Source: Promethearchaeota archaeon | Lineage (GTDB): Archaea > Asgardarchaeota > Thorarchaeia > Thorarchaeales > Thorarchaeaceae | DNA: 64,000 nt | Reading direction: 5' to 3' | Assembly: GCA_048939765.1 (NCBI GenBank) | Contig: JBHLPF010000010.1 | Span: 1-64,000, forward strand | Shown: piece by piece, positions 9,865 to 19,683 of the stretch | Layout: every line of letters begins with the position of its first letter | How positions within the stretch are numbered: the stretch's first letter is position 1 | Program-made: the position numbers and the translations under genes | The notes under the pieces: generated by a model | Database searches by the model: none | The model's input: the letters and a program-made list of their open reading frames with translations, nothing else | What the model was told of the DNA's origin: nothing

Positions 9865-12327
9865 TTAACTCCTGCGTCGGACGATTAGCAATGCTACACC
9901 GATTACAGCAACACCACCAATACCAGCAACCACGTAGAGAGTTGGGATTCCCAGAATCTCACCATCCCACCAGTTGCCGCCACCAACTACCTGAATCTGA
10001 TAGCCTGGTGCGGACCATGTGTACCGGGAGGTACCTGTCCATGCCTCTGCGGAATTGGGATTGAATGTGGACACCGTTGTGTTGAAATAGACACAGAATG
10101 CTGGGAAGTCCATGAACAGTCCACCATCAGTGGCTTGAACGCTGTAAGGTATGGTCCAAGTCCCGCCAGAAGCTAGAGTGTCTCGTTGCCAGTACCAATC
10201 GCGATCACCATCGAATCCAGAGCTCATACCATCCACAACAAGTATGTCATGGGCAGCTTCAGATCCGTAGTTGTGAACAGTGATGGTGAAGTCAACCATT
10301 TCGCCGACATTCACAGTCCTATTGATTAAGCCCTTCGTCACAACAAGGTATGGCCCATCGACAGCAAGTGCATCTGGATCTGCATCAAATGTCAGAGTAA
10401 TGTCAGCGACATTCAGTGGCTCGAAGGTCATATTAACGGGATCAACATTTGCTGCTCCTAGGAAGCCAATGCCCCCTAGCCATGAAGCACCCAAGTCTGC
10501 CATCAGATATGGTATGAATTGCTGAGCGAAGTTCTCCATATCGACCATGTTGATGAGTGCCGTCTTTATTCCGGCCAGGTTGTCTGCAGCCATGGCAGTC
10601 CAGAGCGCACCAAGAGCAATCTCCCAGTGGTCTTCCAAGAATGTAGCGATCTCTTCCTTTGACTGGAACTCGGCGGGCAAGTCGATGCCTGCAAAGTCCT
10701 TCAGAAGCCCTTCAATCCCATCTCCGAATGTGTTAATGTAGCCCTCAAGAGCTACTGGATCGGCATAATAGTCGTTATCCAGAATGTCCAATAGATGGTA
10801 GGAATCAAAGTAGCTAATGAATGCCTCTGCTATTGCTGCCGCTGGATTAGCCGCAGCCAAGGTGTCATCCACTCTACTCATCAATGCATCGGGATTCATC
10901 CCTGCCTGATCCATGATCTCTGCCAATAAGTCAAAGTTCAGTTCCGTAACTGGTGTAGTTGGGAAGAACGTGGGATCAGAAAAGTCCAAGTTCAGAACCA
11001 TCTGCCTCATGTCAGGCCATGGTGTTATGCTTCCCCAGAGGGTATCAACTGCGGAATTAATACCATTCTCAATTTCGGTCATGTTGAAGTCCAGCATCTG
11101 CGCATTCAGCTCTAGAGCCAAGCCTTTTGGCAATACAGAGAGCATTTCCTTTAGGGCATCACCCAAGGTGGTGTTCTCCTCTATGAACAGATAGGGCTCC
11201 ATTGAAATGTTGGTTGGTATTTCAAAACTATCATCAAGTGAGATCCACGAGGTAGGTATCTCCGGAATTGATAACGAACCCGGAGAGGCTCCAACGATAG
11301 CTGAGATCGAGTTTGCTGATGAGTCTTGGTCCATCTTTGTCTGAATATTGCCTGTGTAGCCAACTTGGTCCTTCAGGGAATATGTTTCATCACCCGCTAC
11401 TGAATCTACAACACCAGGATATTCAAATCCAGCGAAGCCCACTACGCCACTCTGGACTTCTGTCGCCAGATCAGTGTGAGAGGCATCCGCTCTGATGTAG
11501 AAATCAGAACTGCCGGCCAGGAAATTGCCAACAAATGAAGACATGTTGTAATAGTATGGAAGATAGTATCGCGGTATGTAGACTTCACCCGCAGATGTCA
11601 TCAGGGCTGGCCAATCAGGGGAGCCTGCCAGATCCATGAATCCGCCCATATTGGCAAGTCGGTCTAGGAACAGAGGCATTGCTGTTTCACCCTGACTTGC
11701 GGTAAGAATGTCTATGTATGTCATCATGTATGTGGTGCCATAATCGTAGACTGACGTGGTATTGGTGTAGTCGAACCACTGGGACGCATTGGTCTGGATT
11801 ATCTCTAATCTGTCCATATTGAGGCCGAATGCAGACTCATAGACTGCTACTACTTCCTCAGCTATGGCAATAGCTTCGCTTGCACTGAGGTCAGTGAGTG
11901 AAGCCAATTCCCTATCTGCAGGAACTTCCCAGATTGGATTAATAGCCAGCTGGAGTATAGCCATCGGACTTCCCACCGCCCCGTTGGGGAAGGGTGATAA
12001 TCCGTTAAATATGAACTCCATCTGACTGACATATCCATCAGCAGTGTTCATTTGGTTAGTCACTATTGTCTCAAGCGCGGACGTGTAAGCGTAGTCATAA
12101 TGCGACACATTTTGCATGGACGCTATGATATTATACACTCCCCCCCAGGCATCCACGTAGGATCCCATACCTTCTATCGTGGCGACGTTTGGAGGACCAT
12201 CCTCTGCAGCCACTGATGAAGATACAATGGAGGCTGGCGTGCCCCGCGTGCTACCTGCAACCGCTGGGAGGAACAGAGTCATCACAACGAATGCAGCTAG
12301 AAGCAGGTTGTTTTTTCTAGTACTCAT
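9865..12327 (-). CDS. Large acidic secreted/surface protein with a DUF11-like Ig domain and C-terminal membrane anchor
   Basis: Signal peptide, VTKGL...VGEMVDFTITVHNYG (DUF11-like), C-terminal TM followed by RRRS, several N-x-S/T sequons. Confidence 0.8.
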   Translation of the reverse strand: MSTRKNNLLLAAFVVMTLFLPAVAGSTRGTPASIVSSSVAAEDGPPNVATIEGMGSYVDAWGGVYNIIASMQNVSHYDYAYTSALETIVTNQMNTADGYVSQMEFIFNGLSPFPNGAVGSPMAILQLAINPIWEVPADRELASLTDLSASEAIAIAEEVVAVYESAFGLNMDRLEIIQTNASQWFDYTNTTSVYDYGTTYMMTYIDILTASQGETAMPLFLDRLANMGGFMDLAGSPDWPALMTSAGEVYIPRYYLPYYYNMSSFVGNFLAGSSDFYIRADASHTDLATEVQSGVVGFAGFEYPGVVDSVAGDETYSLKDQVGYTGNIQTKMDQDSSANSISAIVGASPGSLSIPEIPTSWISLDDSFEIPTNISMEPYLFIEENTTLGDALKEMLSVLPKGLALELNAQMLDFNMTEIENGINSAVDTLWGSITPWPDMRQMVLNLDFSDPTFFPTTPVTELNFDLLAEIMDQAGMNPDALMSRVDDTLAAANPAAAIAEAFISYFDSYHLLDILDNDYYADPVALEGYINTFGDGIEGLLKDFAGIDLPAEFQSKEEIATFLEDHWEIALGALWTAMAADNLAGIKTALINMVDMENFAQQFIPYLMADLGASWLGGIGFLGAANVDPVNMTFEPLNVADITLTFDADPDALAVDGPYLVVTKGLINRTVNVGEMVDFTITVHNYGSEAAHDILVVDGMSSGFDGDRDWYWQRDTLASGGTWTIPYSVQATDGGLFMDFPAFCVYFNTTVSTFNPNSAEAWTGTSRYTWSAPGYQIQVVGGGNWWDGEILGIPTLYVVAGIGGVAVIGVALLIVRRRS

Positions 12328-12496
12328 GAATAATTCTCCTTAGGAGTATTTTCTCGGTAGTATAGGGTATTAAGTCCCCAACAAAAACACTACACGAACA
12401 GGAAGGTATGCGGAAAGTACGTATTTGAACCTTTGTTGGCTATTTCGGCATTCGGTGTAGTGATACTCGGCGAAATGCTATTCTCATATGGAGAGT

Positions 12497-13738
12497 CTAC
12501 TCGTCTTCCAGTTCGTCGGATTCATCATCATCCACGAACTCCTCTGGCTCCTCCGAAACTGGTTCGACTTCTGGTTCAGAAATAAATTCCTCCTCCACAG
12601 ATTCATCTTCAGGCTCTTCAATTTCCTCATCTTCTATAAGAATTGGAGCGCCTTCGGGCATGGGAGTGGGTTCTGGAGGTGCTCTGCCCACACGCCTAAT
12701 GAAGAGTAGTGACATCAGGAGCGCAACACCAGGAAAAAGGAAGAGCTTGATGATATCTGGAGCTTTCCCAAGAATTGGCCATATAGATGCCTCAAAGGCA
12801 GCATCGACCACGAGATATCCTGATGCCAAGAAGAAGGTGAGCGTAGCAGCAAGCTCCTTTGAGATTTTCCAGCGAGTATCCAGTTCTGCTCTGGCGGAAA
12901 GGGTTAGACCTACGGAACTCATAGCATATAGTATGAAGAAGATAGACATACCAATATCGACAAGAAGTGACAGAACATCCAACCCAACAACTTCAGGTTT
13001 CATGACATTGTAGAGAAAGTAAGCAACATAGAACGCGATGAATAGCCCTAAGAGGGCAAGATTATCGCCCATTGTCTTGTTTCGATACCGAAGGATGAGA
13101 ATACCATTCAGAAAGTTGTAGCCCAGAGCAACAAGAAGGCCAAGAATGGCTCCAATGAGCACTGGCCACTGAGCACCGTCAGTAATCAATGCGGGATTGT
13201 AGAAGAGCAGAAGGATAAATGCTCCAATCATGATAAAATAGCTGACTAGGTAAAGGGACCCGAAGAAGATTGTTACGGCTTTGGAGCGATGTTTAATATC
13301 AACCATCTCTGCGTATCCCAAAGCAGTTCTAGATGACAGATACGCCTGAAGTACAATCCATCCGAAGAAGGATATCCAGAAGAAGAATAGACTGTATAGA
13401 AATGGTGCTAGGATGAAGAGCGCCGCATAAACGACAGCGCTAACTCCAAGCCAAGGAACGAATAGGGCTAGAGAACGGCTGTAGGTTTCCTCATCTGCCA
13501 GGAACCGCTGCAGCCCAAGAATCGCCAAGAATGAGGCAATAAGGAAGAATGTAGGGAAGATTCCGCCTATGACTGCGATCAGACCAGTAGCGAAAATGGG
13601 ATAGATCTGTCCCAAGCCTCTGACAAGATACACAAGAATCGCTGATATCAAAAAGACAAATGCAAACCATCGCAGCCTTTTAGACTCGAGGAAGAGCTCT
13701 ATTCCTTTGATGAATCTGGTTAGTATAGGTATTTCCAT
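12497..13738 (-). CDS. Polytopic membrane protein (about 10 TM) with acidic C-terminal tail
   Basis: Hydrophobic helices followed by about 45 aa of E/D/P-rich tail. AGGAG SD. Confidence 0.8.
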   Translation of the reverse strand: MEIPILTRFIKGIELFLESKRLRWFAFVFLISAILVYLVRGLGQIYPIFATGLIAVIGGIFPTFFLIASFLAILGLQRFLADEETYSRSLALFVPWLGVSAVVYAALFILAPFLYSLFFFWISFFGWIVLQAYLSSRTALGYAEMVDIKHRSKAVTIFFGSLYLVSYFIMIGAFILLLFYNPALITDGAQWPVLIGAILGLLVALGYNFLNGILILRYRNKTMGDNLALLGLFIAFYVAYFLYNVMKPEVVGLDVLSLLVDIGMSIFFILYAMSSVGLTLSARAELDTRWKISKELAATLTFFLASGYLVVDAAFEASIWPILGKAPDIIKLFLFPGVALLMSLLFIRRVGRAPPEPTPMPEGAPILIEDEEIEEPEDESVEEEFISEPEVEPVSEEPEEFVDDDESDELEDE

Positions 13739-13789
13739 CTCCTATTCCTCCTTATGTTGCGCATTGACAGAGCGAGGCCACTTTTATTT

Positions 13790-14284
13790 CTACGCTAGAG
13801 CCTCTTTTAGAACATGAACAAGTTCAGCTTCTAGCGTAGGTTTCACACTTGGTTTTTCAACTATCACAGCAACTCTATTGCCATCGCTATCGAATATCTC
13901 AATCCAAGGAATCGCGGTTACACCCCACTCCTCCATCTCTGGAGGTGATGGTGGGATCTTCCATTGATGATCAGGATCCAATGGAGCTGTCTTGATACCG
14001 CCAAAACATCTTACATCTAGCCCAATCTTTTCTTCCAGATGCATTAGAACCGGAAGTGCAGCCCGGCAATCTTTGCACCATCCTGCACTCATCACTACAA
14101 ATACGAGGCCTTCAGCTAGAGTCTTGAGTTCCTGTGTCGACTGAGGATCCAGTTTGTATTCATCATAAACCTCAAGAAATTGACCTCCCGCCTTACCTTC
14201 TATACTCTCAACATAATCTCTGGCATTCTTTGTTCTCTTTCTGATATCGTCCAAGTCGACCATTGCGTTTCCGACACGGACCAT
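13790..14284 (-). CDS. Thioredoxin-family protein
   Basis: WCKDC active site and the cis-Pro motif TAIP. Confidence 0.85.
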   Translation of the reverse strand: MVRVGNAMVDLDDIRKRTKNARDYVESIEGKAGGQFLEVYDEYKLDPQSTQELKTLAEGLVFVVMSAGWCKDCRAALPVLMHLEEKIGLDVRCFGGIKTAPLDPDHQWKIPPSPPEMEEWGVTAIPWIEIFDSDGNRVAVIVEKPSVKPTLEAELVHVLKEALA

Positions 14285-14369
14285 GCTGCCTCTAAAAGGC
14301 TTCTATATGTAAAGGACTAGTAGCCCTTGCAATCATGGAGTATGTCGCCCCAATGCTGAAATGTGATGA

Positions 14370-14948
14370 ATGCTGATTTCTCAAGCAAGCAAGGAGTGGT
14401 ACGACCTGGCAGAAGTCTACAAGGCTATTGTTCTTGGCCCGCCAAATGTGGGGAAAAGCTCACTGATTAGACGCTATCAGGCAGGGGAATTTAGTGATGG
14501 GTACACTGCCACTGTCGGAATGGACATGAAAGCAGCTACGTTTGACTTCCCAGACGGTTCTGTTGTCCTCACAGTTGTTGACATCGGAGGACAGTCAACT
14601 TTCACGGGTCTAAGAAGCCGTTTTTTTGCTGGTTCTCATCATATGATTCTTGTCTTTGACAAGACTGACCGATCCACGTTTGACTCGATTCCAGAGTGGC
14701 ATGGATCATTGACTAAGAATGTGAACATACCTGAGAAGCTCTTCCCAAGAGGGTCCCTTGTAGGGAATAAGGCCGATTTGAAGGACCAAGAGGCAGTCAC
14801 TGCGGAGGAGGGGGAAAGGATGGCGGATATCTTGACTTTGACCTATTTTGAGGCAAGTGCCAAAACGGGGCTGAATGTCGCAGAACTCTTTCTGAATGCT
14901 GCGACTGAATCCAGGCAGCTGGTCAAGACACGAGCCAGAGAGGCATAA
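14370..14948 (+). CDS. Ras/Rab-like small GTPase (eukaryotic signature protein class)
   Basis: G1 GPPNVGKS, G2 YTATVG, G3 DIGGQ, G4 NKAD, G5 SAK. No C-terminal Cys motif. A possible alternative CTG start at 14406 follows GGAGTGG. Confidence 0.95.
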   Translation: MLISQASKEWYDLAEVYKAIVLGPPNVGKSSLIRRYQAGEFSDGYTATVGMDMKAATFDFPDGSVVLTVVDIGGQSTFTGLRSRFFAGSHHMILVFDKTDRSTFDSIPEWHGSLTKNVNIPEKLFPRGSLVGNKADLKDQEAVTAEEGERMADILTLTYFEASAKTGLNVAELFLNAATESRQLVKTRAREA

Positions 14949-15027
14949 TTGATAACCTCAGGTACAAGTCCCAACAGTTAAAACCCCGGCCAAGCTCATC
15001 AAATCGCTTTGATTCGAGGGATGTGTT

Positions 15028-16371
15028 TTGGACACCATAGAGGCAGTCACAAAGAGAAAATGGATGGCACTTTATGCCTTCTTGATAATGGACTTCGTGC
15101 AAATTCTGCTTGTGTCGGTCCTGTATCTTGATGAGCGGGACAATCCTCTTGTTGTTGGCATTGATTTTTCGAGATTTGAACCAGGTGCATCCCTGACTCT
15201 ATTCATTGGAATCAGTTTGCTCCAACTCTTCCTTGTATACTACGTTGCAATAGCCATGCAGCGAGACCCAGATTTGGTGCTACTCTATCCCGATTATAAG
15301 GAAACGGATGAGTGTGCCTGTCGGTTCTCACGTGATGAAATCGTCAATTGGACTCTTGAAACTGCGAAGATGAGTGGAGTTTCAGTAAGCAGAATCTATC
15401 TGATGAAATCACCGCTTCCCAATGCATTCACTTTTGGTCTCCCTTTGATGGGCTCCATCATTGTTGTGCATAGCAATATCTTGGATGTGCTTGAGCCTGA
15501 AGAAGTAAAAGCGATTATCGCTCATGAGGTCGGACATATCAAGAACCGTGATTCTATCATTCAGATTCTTGCCAGAATGCCCGCTTTCTTTATTGATACA
15601 ATCTATATCTATGTCTACGTGCGAATAGCACTGGCTATATCGGACTCCCTCTTTATCGCAGGCGATGTCATTTTAGCTGGGATTCGTTTTCTAGTCTTAT
15701 TGGCATTCTTCGGTCTATCTAGATTCCTTGCAGCTCTATCGATGTTCCTGATGCAGATAGGATCTCGGGAAGCTGAGCTATTATCTGACTATCATGCTGC
15801 TGAAGTCATAGGAGCCGAACATACAATTAATGGCCTCATCCGTCTGGGTCAGCGGTCTGAGGCGATTTCTGTGCTAATCGATGAGATTCGTTGGTTGGAA
15901 TCACTCAATCCTGAAAGGACCGGGGTCGTAACCCGGAAGGAACTTGTTCGAATGATTGAGCAATATCCGCTTGATGGTATTGATGAGGCTAATGCTCGGC
16001 ATATGGCTCCATGGGTCTTTCTGGCAACAAGACTGAAACACATGAGGGAAGTCTATGGAGTAGACCTCAGCGATCAGCAGATCAAGTCAGCTATCGAGCC
16101 AGCCATGGCTTTCCTTGAGGAAAAGAGACCTGAGAGAGAGGAAGCAGCCGAGGAAGGAGACAAGACGCCTAAGACAATTGACTGGAGATCAGTGGATTAC
16201 GATGGTGACCGCCGCCTCTCAGATGATGAATTGAAAGACTTGCTTGAGCTACTTCGAACTAATCCAAAGAAGCTCATGTTTGATAGCGAGGTTGGGAAGA
16301 ACTTGATGGCTTTGAGCCATCCTGACTTCAGACGACGAGTGCTAACAATTGCTGATGCATTTGGTCTCTAA
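15028..16371 (+). CDS. M48 (HtpX/Ste24-like) membrane zinc metalloprotease with EF-hand-containing insertion
   Basis: PNAF, AHEVGH (HExxH), SREAELLSD and SHP motifs. DYDGDRRLSDDE lies within a long insertion. Confidence 0.9.
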   Translation: MDTIEAVTKRKWMALYAFLIMDFVQILLVSVLYLDERDNPLVVGIDFSRFEPGASLTLFIGISLLQLFLVYYVAIAMQRDPDLVLLYPDYKETDECACRFSRDEIVNWTLETAKMSGVSVSRIYLMKSPLPNAFTFGLPLMGSIIVVHSNILDVLEPEEVKAIIAHEVGHIKNRDSIIQILARMPAFFIDTIYIYVYVRIALAISDSLFIAGDVILAGIRFLVLLAFFGLSRFLAALSMFLMQIGSREAELLSDYHAAEVIGAEHTINGLIRLGQRSEAISVLIDEIRWLESLNPERTGVVTRKELVRMIEQYPLDGIDEANARHMAPWVFLATRLKHMREVYGVDLSDQQIKSAIEPAMAFLEEKRPEREEAAEEGDKTPKTIDWRSVDYDGDRRLSDDELKDLLELLRTNPKKLMFDSEVGKNLMALSHPDFRRRVLTIADAFGL

Positions 16372-17828
16372 ATTCTTGCAGCTTCTCGTGCAGCATCCTT
16401 TTCAACCTCAGCTGGACTGAGGCCTCGGAACAAGGAGATGATAATACCGAATACCGCCAGTATTGCTAGGGTCCAAACAGTGAACTGGAATGCCAGTGTA
16501 TATGCATTGACATAAATGGGGCCAGAGGTGGCTCCAGTGGTATTGATAGCTGCGAAATTCAACGAGAAGACTGTTGTCACAAGAGCTGTAGCAATTGAGA
16601 AACCAGTTGTTCGAGCGATGTTTGTTAGAGCGCTTATTACGCCCATGTATTCTCGGGGTGTCGAAGTCATAATGAAGTTGCTATTTGCCACACTGAAGAA
16701 TGATAGACCAAATCCAAGAATCACAATTCCAAGCACTGGTAGAATTAGAGACATCCATGGAATTGCAGTAAGATTGGGCATTGGCTGAATACCGGCCAAA
16801 GCCATTCCAAAGAAAATTAGGCCAATGAATTGAGCAAAGAGACCTACAACAGTCTGAGTCTTTGCTGTGACTCTCTCTGAAACAAATCCTGAGAACGGTC
16901 CCACTACCGAGATAACTAATGGGTGTGCTACAAGTACGAAGCCCGTAGCAACCTGTGTGAAGCTTTTCGCGTCTTGGAGATAGAAGGGTAAGAGGAATGA
17001 CACAGGTACAAGAGACATGTAAGCAAGAAGAGCTGAGAATATACTCGTGGATATCCGCCTATCAGCCAGGACATTCATCGGGATTATGGGCGTGATGAAA
17101 GTCCTCTCTCTAATAATGAATGCTATGAAAGAAACAAGGAAAATTGCGAGGAGTAGTATCAAGTCAGGGAATACTGGAATTGTCCCCATAATGGAAACGC
17201 CAAAGATCAGCGTGAATAGAAAGGTCAGGAAAAGCAGTGCCCCAGCTGTGTCGAATCTTACTTCATGTACGCACTCAGTTTCAGGGATAGTCGCCCAGAC
17301 AACGAGGAATCCTACAACGCCAATTGGCAGATTGATGAGGAATATACTCTGCCATCCAAAGAATTCACTAAGAAAACCGCCCAGGACTGGACCTAGAGCC
17401 AGGGCTGCAGCCAAGACAATGGAACTCAATCCTATAGCTCTCCCACGATTCTTTGGTGTAGTGAAGTAGGTGACTAGAGCCAGTCCATTAGCTGACATCA
17501 TACTTGCGCCAAAGGCCTGGAATATCCTTGATATAAGCAGGAATTGAAGGGTTGGACTGAGCGCACAGAATAGTGATCCAATCACAAAGAAGATCATTCC
17601 CCATTGGAAGACCTTTGTCTTGCAGAATCTATCCCCAAACTTGCCCATAAGGGGCATAAATGAGGTCATAATCAGGAGGTATGAGAGGACAACCCACTGA
17701 ATCTCAGCCATCTCGACGCTTAGGCTGGTTGCCATTGTTACTAATGAAACGTTCACAATCGACGAGTCAAGAGCACTCAGGAACACACCAAAGCTTGTCG
17801 CTGCCACAATCTTGTACGGACCAGGCAT
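16368..17828 (-). CDS. MFS transporter, DHA2 (14-TM) type
   Basis: LDSSIVNV, GKFGDRF, GPVLGG and WQSIFLINLP motifs. Confidence 0.92.
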   Translation of the reverse strand: MPGPYKIVAATSFGVFLSALDSSIVNVSLVTMATSLSVEMAEIQWVVLSYLLIMTSFMPLMGKFGDRFCKTKVFQWGMIFFVIGSLFCALSPTLQFLLISRIFQAFGASMMSANGLALVTYFTTPKNRGRAIGLSSIVLAAALALGPVLGGFLSEFFGWQSIFLINLPIGVVGFLVVWATIPETECVHEVRFDTAGALLFLTFLFTLIFGVSIMGTIPVFPDLILLLAIFLVSFIAFIIRERTFITPIIPMNVLADRRISTSIFSALLAYMSLVPVSFLLPFYLQDAKSFTQVATGFVLVAHPLVISVVGPFSGFVSERVTAKTQTVVGLFAQFIGLIFFGMALAGIQPMPNLTAIPWMSLILPVLGIVILGFGLSFFSVANSNFIMTSTPREYMGVISALTNIARTTGFSIATALVTTVFSLNFAAINTTGATSGPIYVNAYTLAFQFTVWTLAILAVFGIIISLFRGLSPAEVEKDAAREAARI

Positions 17829-17983
17829 TTCGATGCCCGTTACTATAGATTGCTGTCCTTGGTCTATCATTGCGTCATCGCTCGTCCTTGCAATTATCCG
17901 TTGAAGTCCAACCTGCAATTAAGGGTATGGCTACACTCTTGTAAGGCGGAAGCATTTTCATCTGCCAGGGCTTCCTATGACCT

Positions 17984-18802
17984 ATGACTGATTTTGATCT
18001 TCTTCATAAGAAGGCACGCCATGATATCAGGATGTGCCTCCAATCGTGGATTAAGGTGCTGAAGGATGAACTCGGAGAACGCATTGACTATGTCTATTCC
18101 AAGGGATCATCAATGAAGAACTGGGACTCCCCAATTGATTATGTGCCTGTACTCAGTGATGTTGATATCCACATCCTTCTCAAAGATGAGGAGGACCTTT
18201 TCTTTGGCTGCAAGGACAGATTCGAGGCTGCAATGCGCTTCTCCAAACGATATGAAGATCACTTCTTTGAACTGGAACCAGAGCCTCTTCATTTTCCACG
18301 CAGCCAGTTGGTTCATGTCAACCCGTTCCGGAGAGAGAAATGGTTTGTAATGCCTAGGGTCGATGCAGTACAACCTCTTATAGGAGATCCTAAACCTGCG
18401 AAGATTCCCCCAGATGATACTATCCGAGAAATCGACTTGGGGAATCTAATCGAGCTAAAGGAGTATCTCCATGAAGTCGTCATGAGTGCTGTGGACAGAG
18501 CTGGTTTCGACTTCTGGTCAATGATTAGACGTATGCTGTGGAGAGTTTCACCATCACCTGTACGAGTGATAACCCAGACCCATGGAGATCCAGCTGAGGT
18601 TTGGAATTGGAATCGAACTCAGATATGTGCTCAACTGCTGTACATGGACTTGTGTAAAATGGAGCGGCTCTACAGAGCATTCTACATGGCTGGATGGCGG
18701 CTGTTCATCTCTGGCTATACTAGCCGCGATGATTTCCGGGATATGGCATACAATGGATACTATCTTTTGAAGGAATGCCATCAGTACGCTTTGAACATGT
18801 GA
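17984..18802 (+). CDS. Pol-beta superfamily nucleotidyltransferase-like protein
   Basis: Y-x-KGSS...SDVDIH (hG[GS]...DxD) followed by a helical C-terminal domain. Confidence 0.6.
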   Translation: MTDFDLLHKKARHDIRMCLQSWIKVLKDELGERIDYVYSKGSSMKNWDSPIDYVPVLSDVDIHILLKDEEDLFFGCKDRFEAAMRFSKRYEDHFFELEPEPLHFPRSQLVHVNPFRREKWFVMPRVDAVQPLIGDPKPAKIPPDDTIREIDLGNLIELKEYLHEVVMSAVDRAGFDFWSMIRRMLWRVSPSPVRVITQTHGDPAEVWNWNRTQICAQLLYMDLCKMERLYRAFYMAGWRLFISGYTSRDDFRDMAYNGYYLLKECHQYALNM

Positions 18803-18882
18803 AGCATGTAGTACCCTCTGGGTTTATCTGCTGCATGACTCGCTTTCTCAACAACGACCTCGATAACTCAGGCGGTTCTCGT

Positions 18883-19674
18883 ATGCGTGAATACAGGATG
18901 CTACCAACGGTTCTCTACAAGGGAGGAAAGCGGCTAGCAGAAGAGGATGCCATTGCAATAGAAACGGCACTGGAGCTAAGGCTAGATGAGGATTTCATTG
19001 CGGCTTTTGTATGCACTCCAGGCTTGGAGGATGAGCTGGCTGTAGGATTTCTCCTGTCTTCCGGAATTGTTGCTCAACCGGATCACATCGCCTCAGTGAA
19101 GACTGTAAACAATCGATGTACAGTCAAACTAGTGAATGGAGTTGAGGCAAGAAGGGATAACATACCTGCTATACGACGAGTAGTAACGACAGAGTGCTCA
19201 GCTCCAGACATGCTGAGGACCCTTCGTACTGGTGGAAAGGTACCGCGACTTGATTTCACGCTAGAGGTTGAGCCAGATCAGATATTCTCCATATCTTCTG
19301 AGATGAAAGAGGTGCAAGAGGTCCATAAGAAGACTGGCGCAACTCATGCAGCCCTCATTCAAGAGATAGGTAGAGGAGCCCGAATAATTGCAGAGGATTT
19401 AGGGCGACACAATGCCGTTGACAAGTGCATCGGGCTGGCAGCAGCACAATCAAAAGACTTCAGGAAATGCCTCCTTATCAGCAGTGGCCGACTTACTGCA
19501 GATATCGTTTCCAAATGCGCATGGGCATCCATACCTCTCCTTGTATCATCATCGGTTGCTACTGATGCAGGAGTCAAAGTTGCCGAAAAAGGCAACATAA
19601 CACTGATTGGAGCCTTACGCGGAAGCCGAATGCGAGTCTACCACGAGGGTGCAGCTAAACTGTTTCACGAGTAG
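18883..19674 (+). CDS. fdhD: Formate dehydrogenase accessory sulfurtransferase FdhD
   Basis: CTPG, LAVGFL, TGATHAA, EDLGRHNAVDK and SSGR motifs. Confidence 0.93.
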   Translation: MREYRMLPTVLYKGGKRLAEEDAIAIETALELRLDEDFIAAFVCTPGLEDELAVGFLLSSGIVAQPDHIASVKTVNNRCTVKLVNGVEARRDNIPAIRRVVTTECSAPDMLRTLRTGGKVPRLDFTLEVEPDQIFSISSEMKEVQEVHKKTGATHAALIQEIGRGARIIAEDLGRHNAVDKCIGLAAAQSKDFRKCLLISSGRLTADIVSKCAWASIPLLVSSSVATDAGVKVAEKGNITLIGALRGSRMRVYHEGAAKLFHE

Positions 19675-19683
19675 GTGAGTTGT

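Noticed and set aside
14370-16371. M48 protease acting as a CAAX-processing enzyme for the adjacent GTPase
   Set aside because: The GTPase ends ...TRAREA with no C-terminal cysteine.
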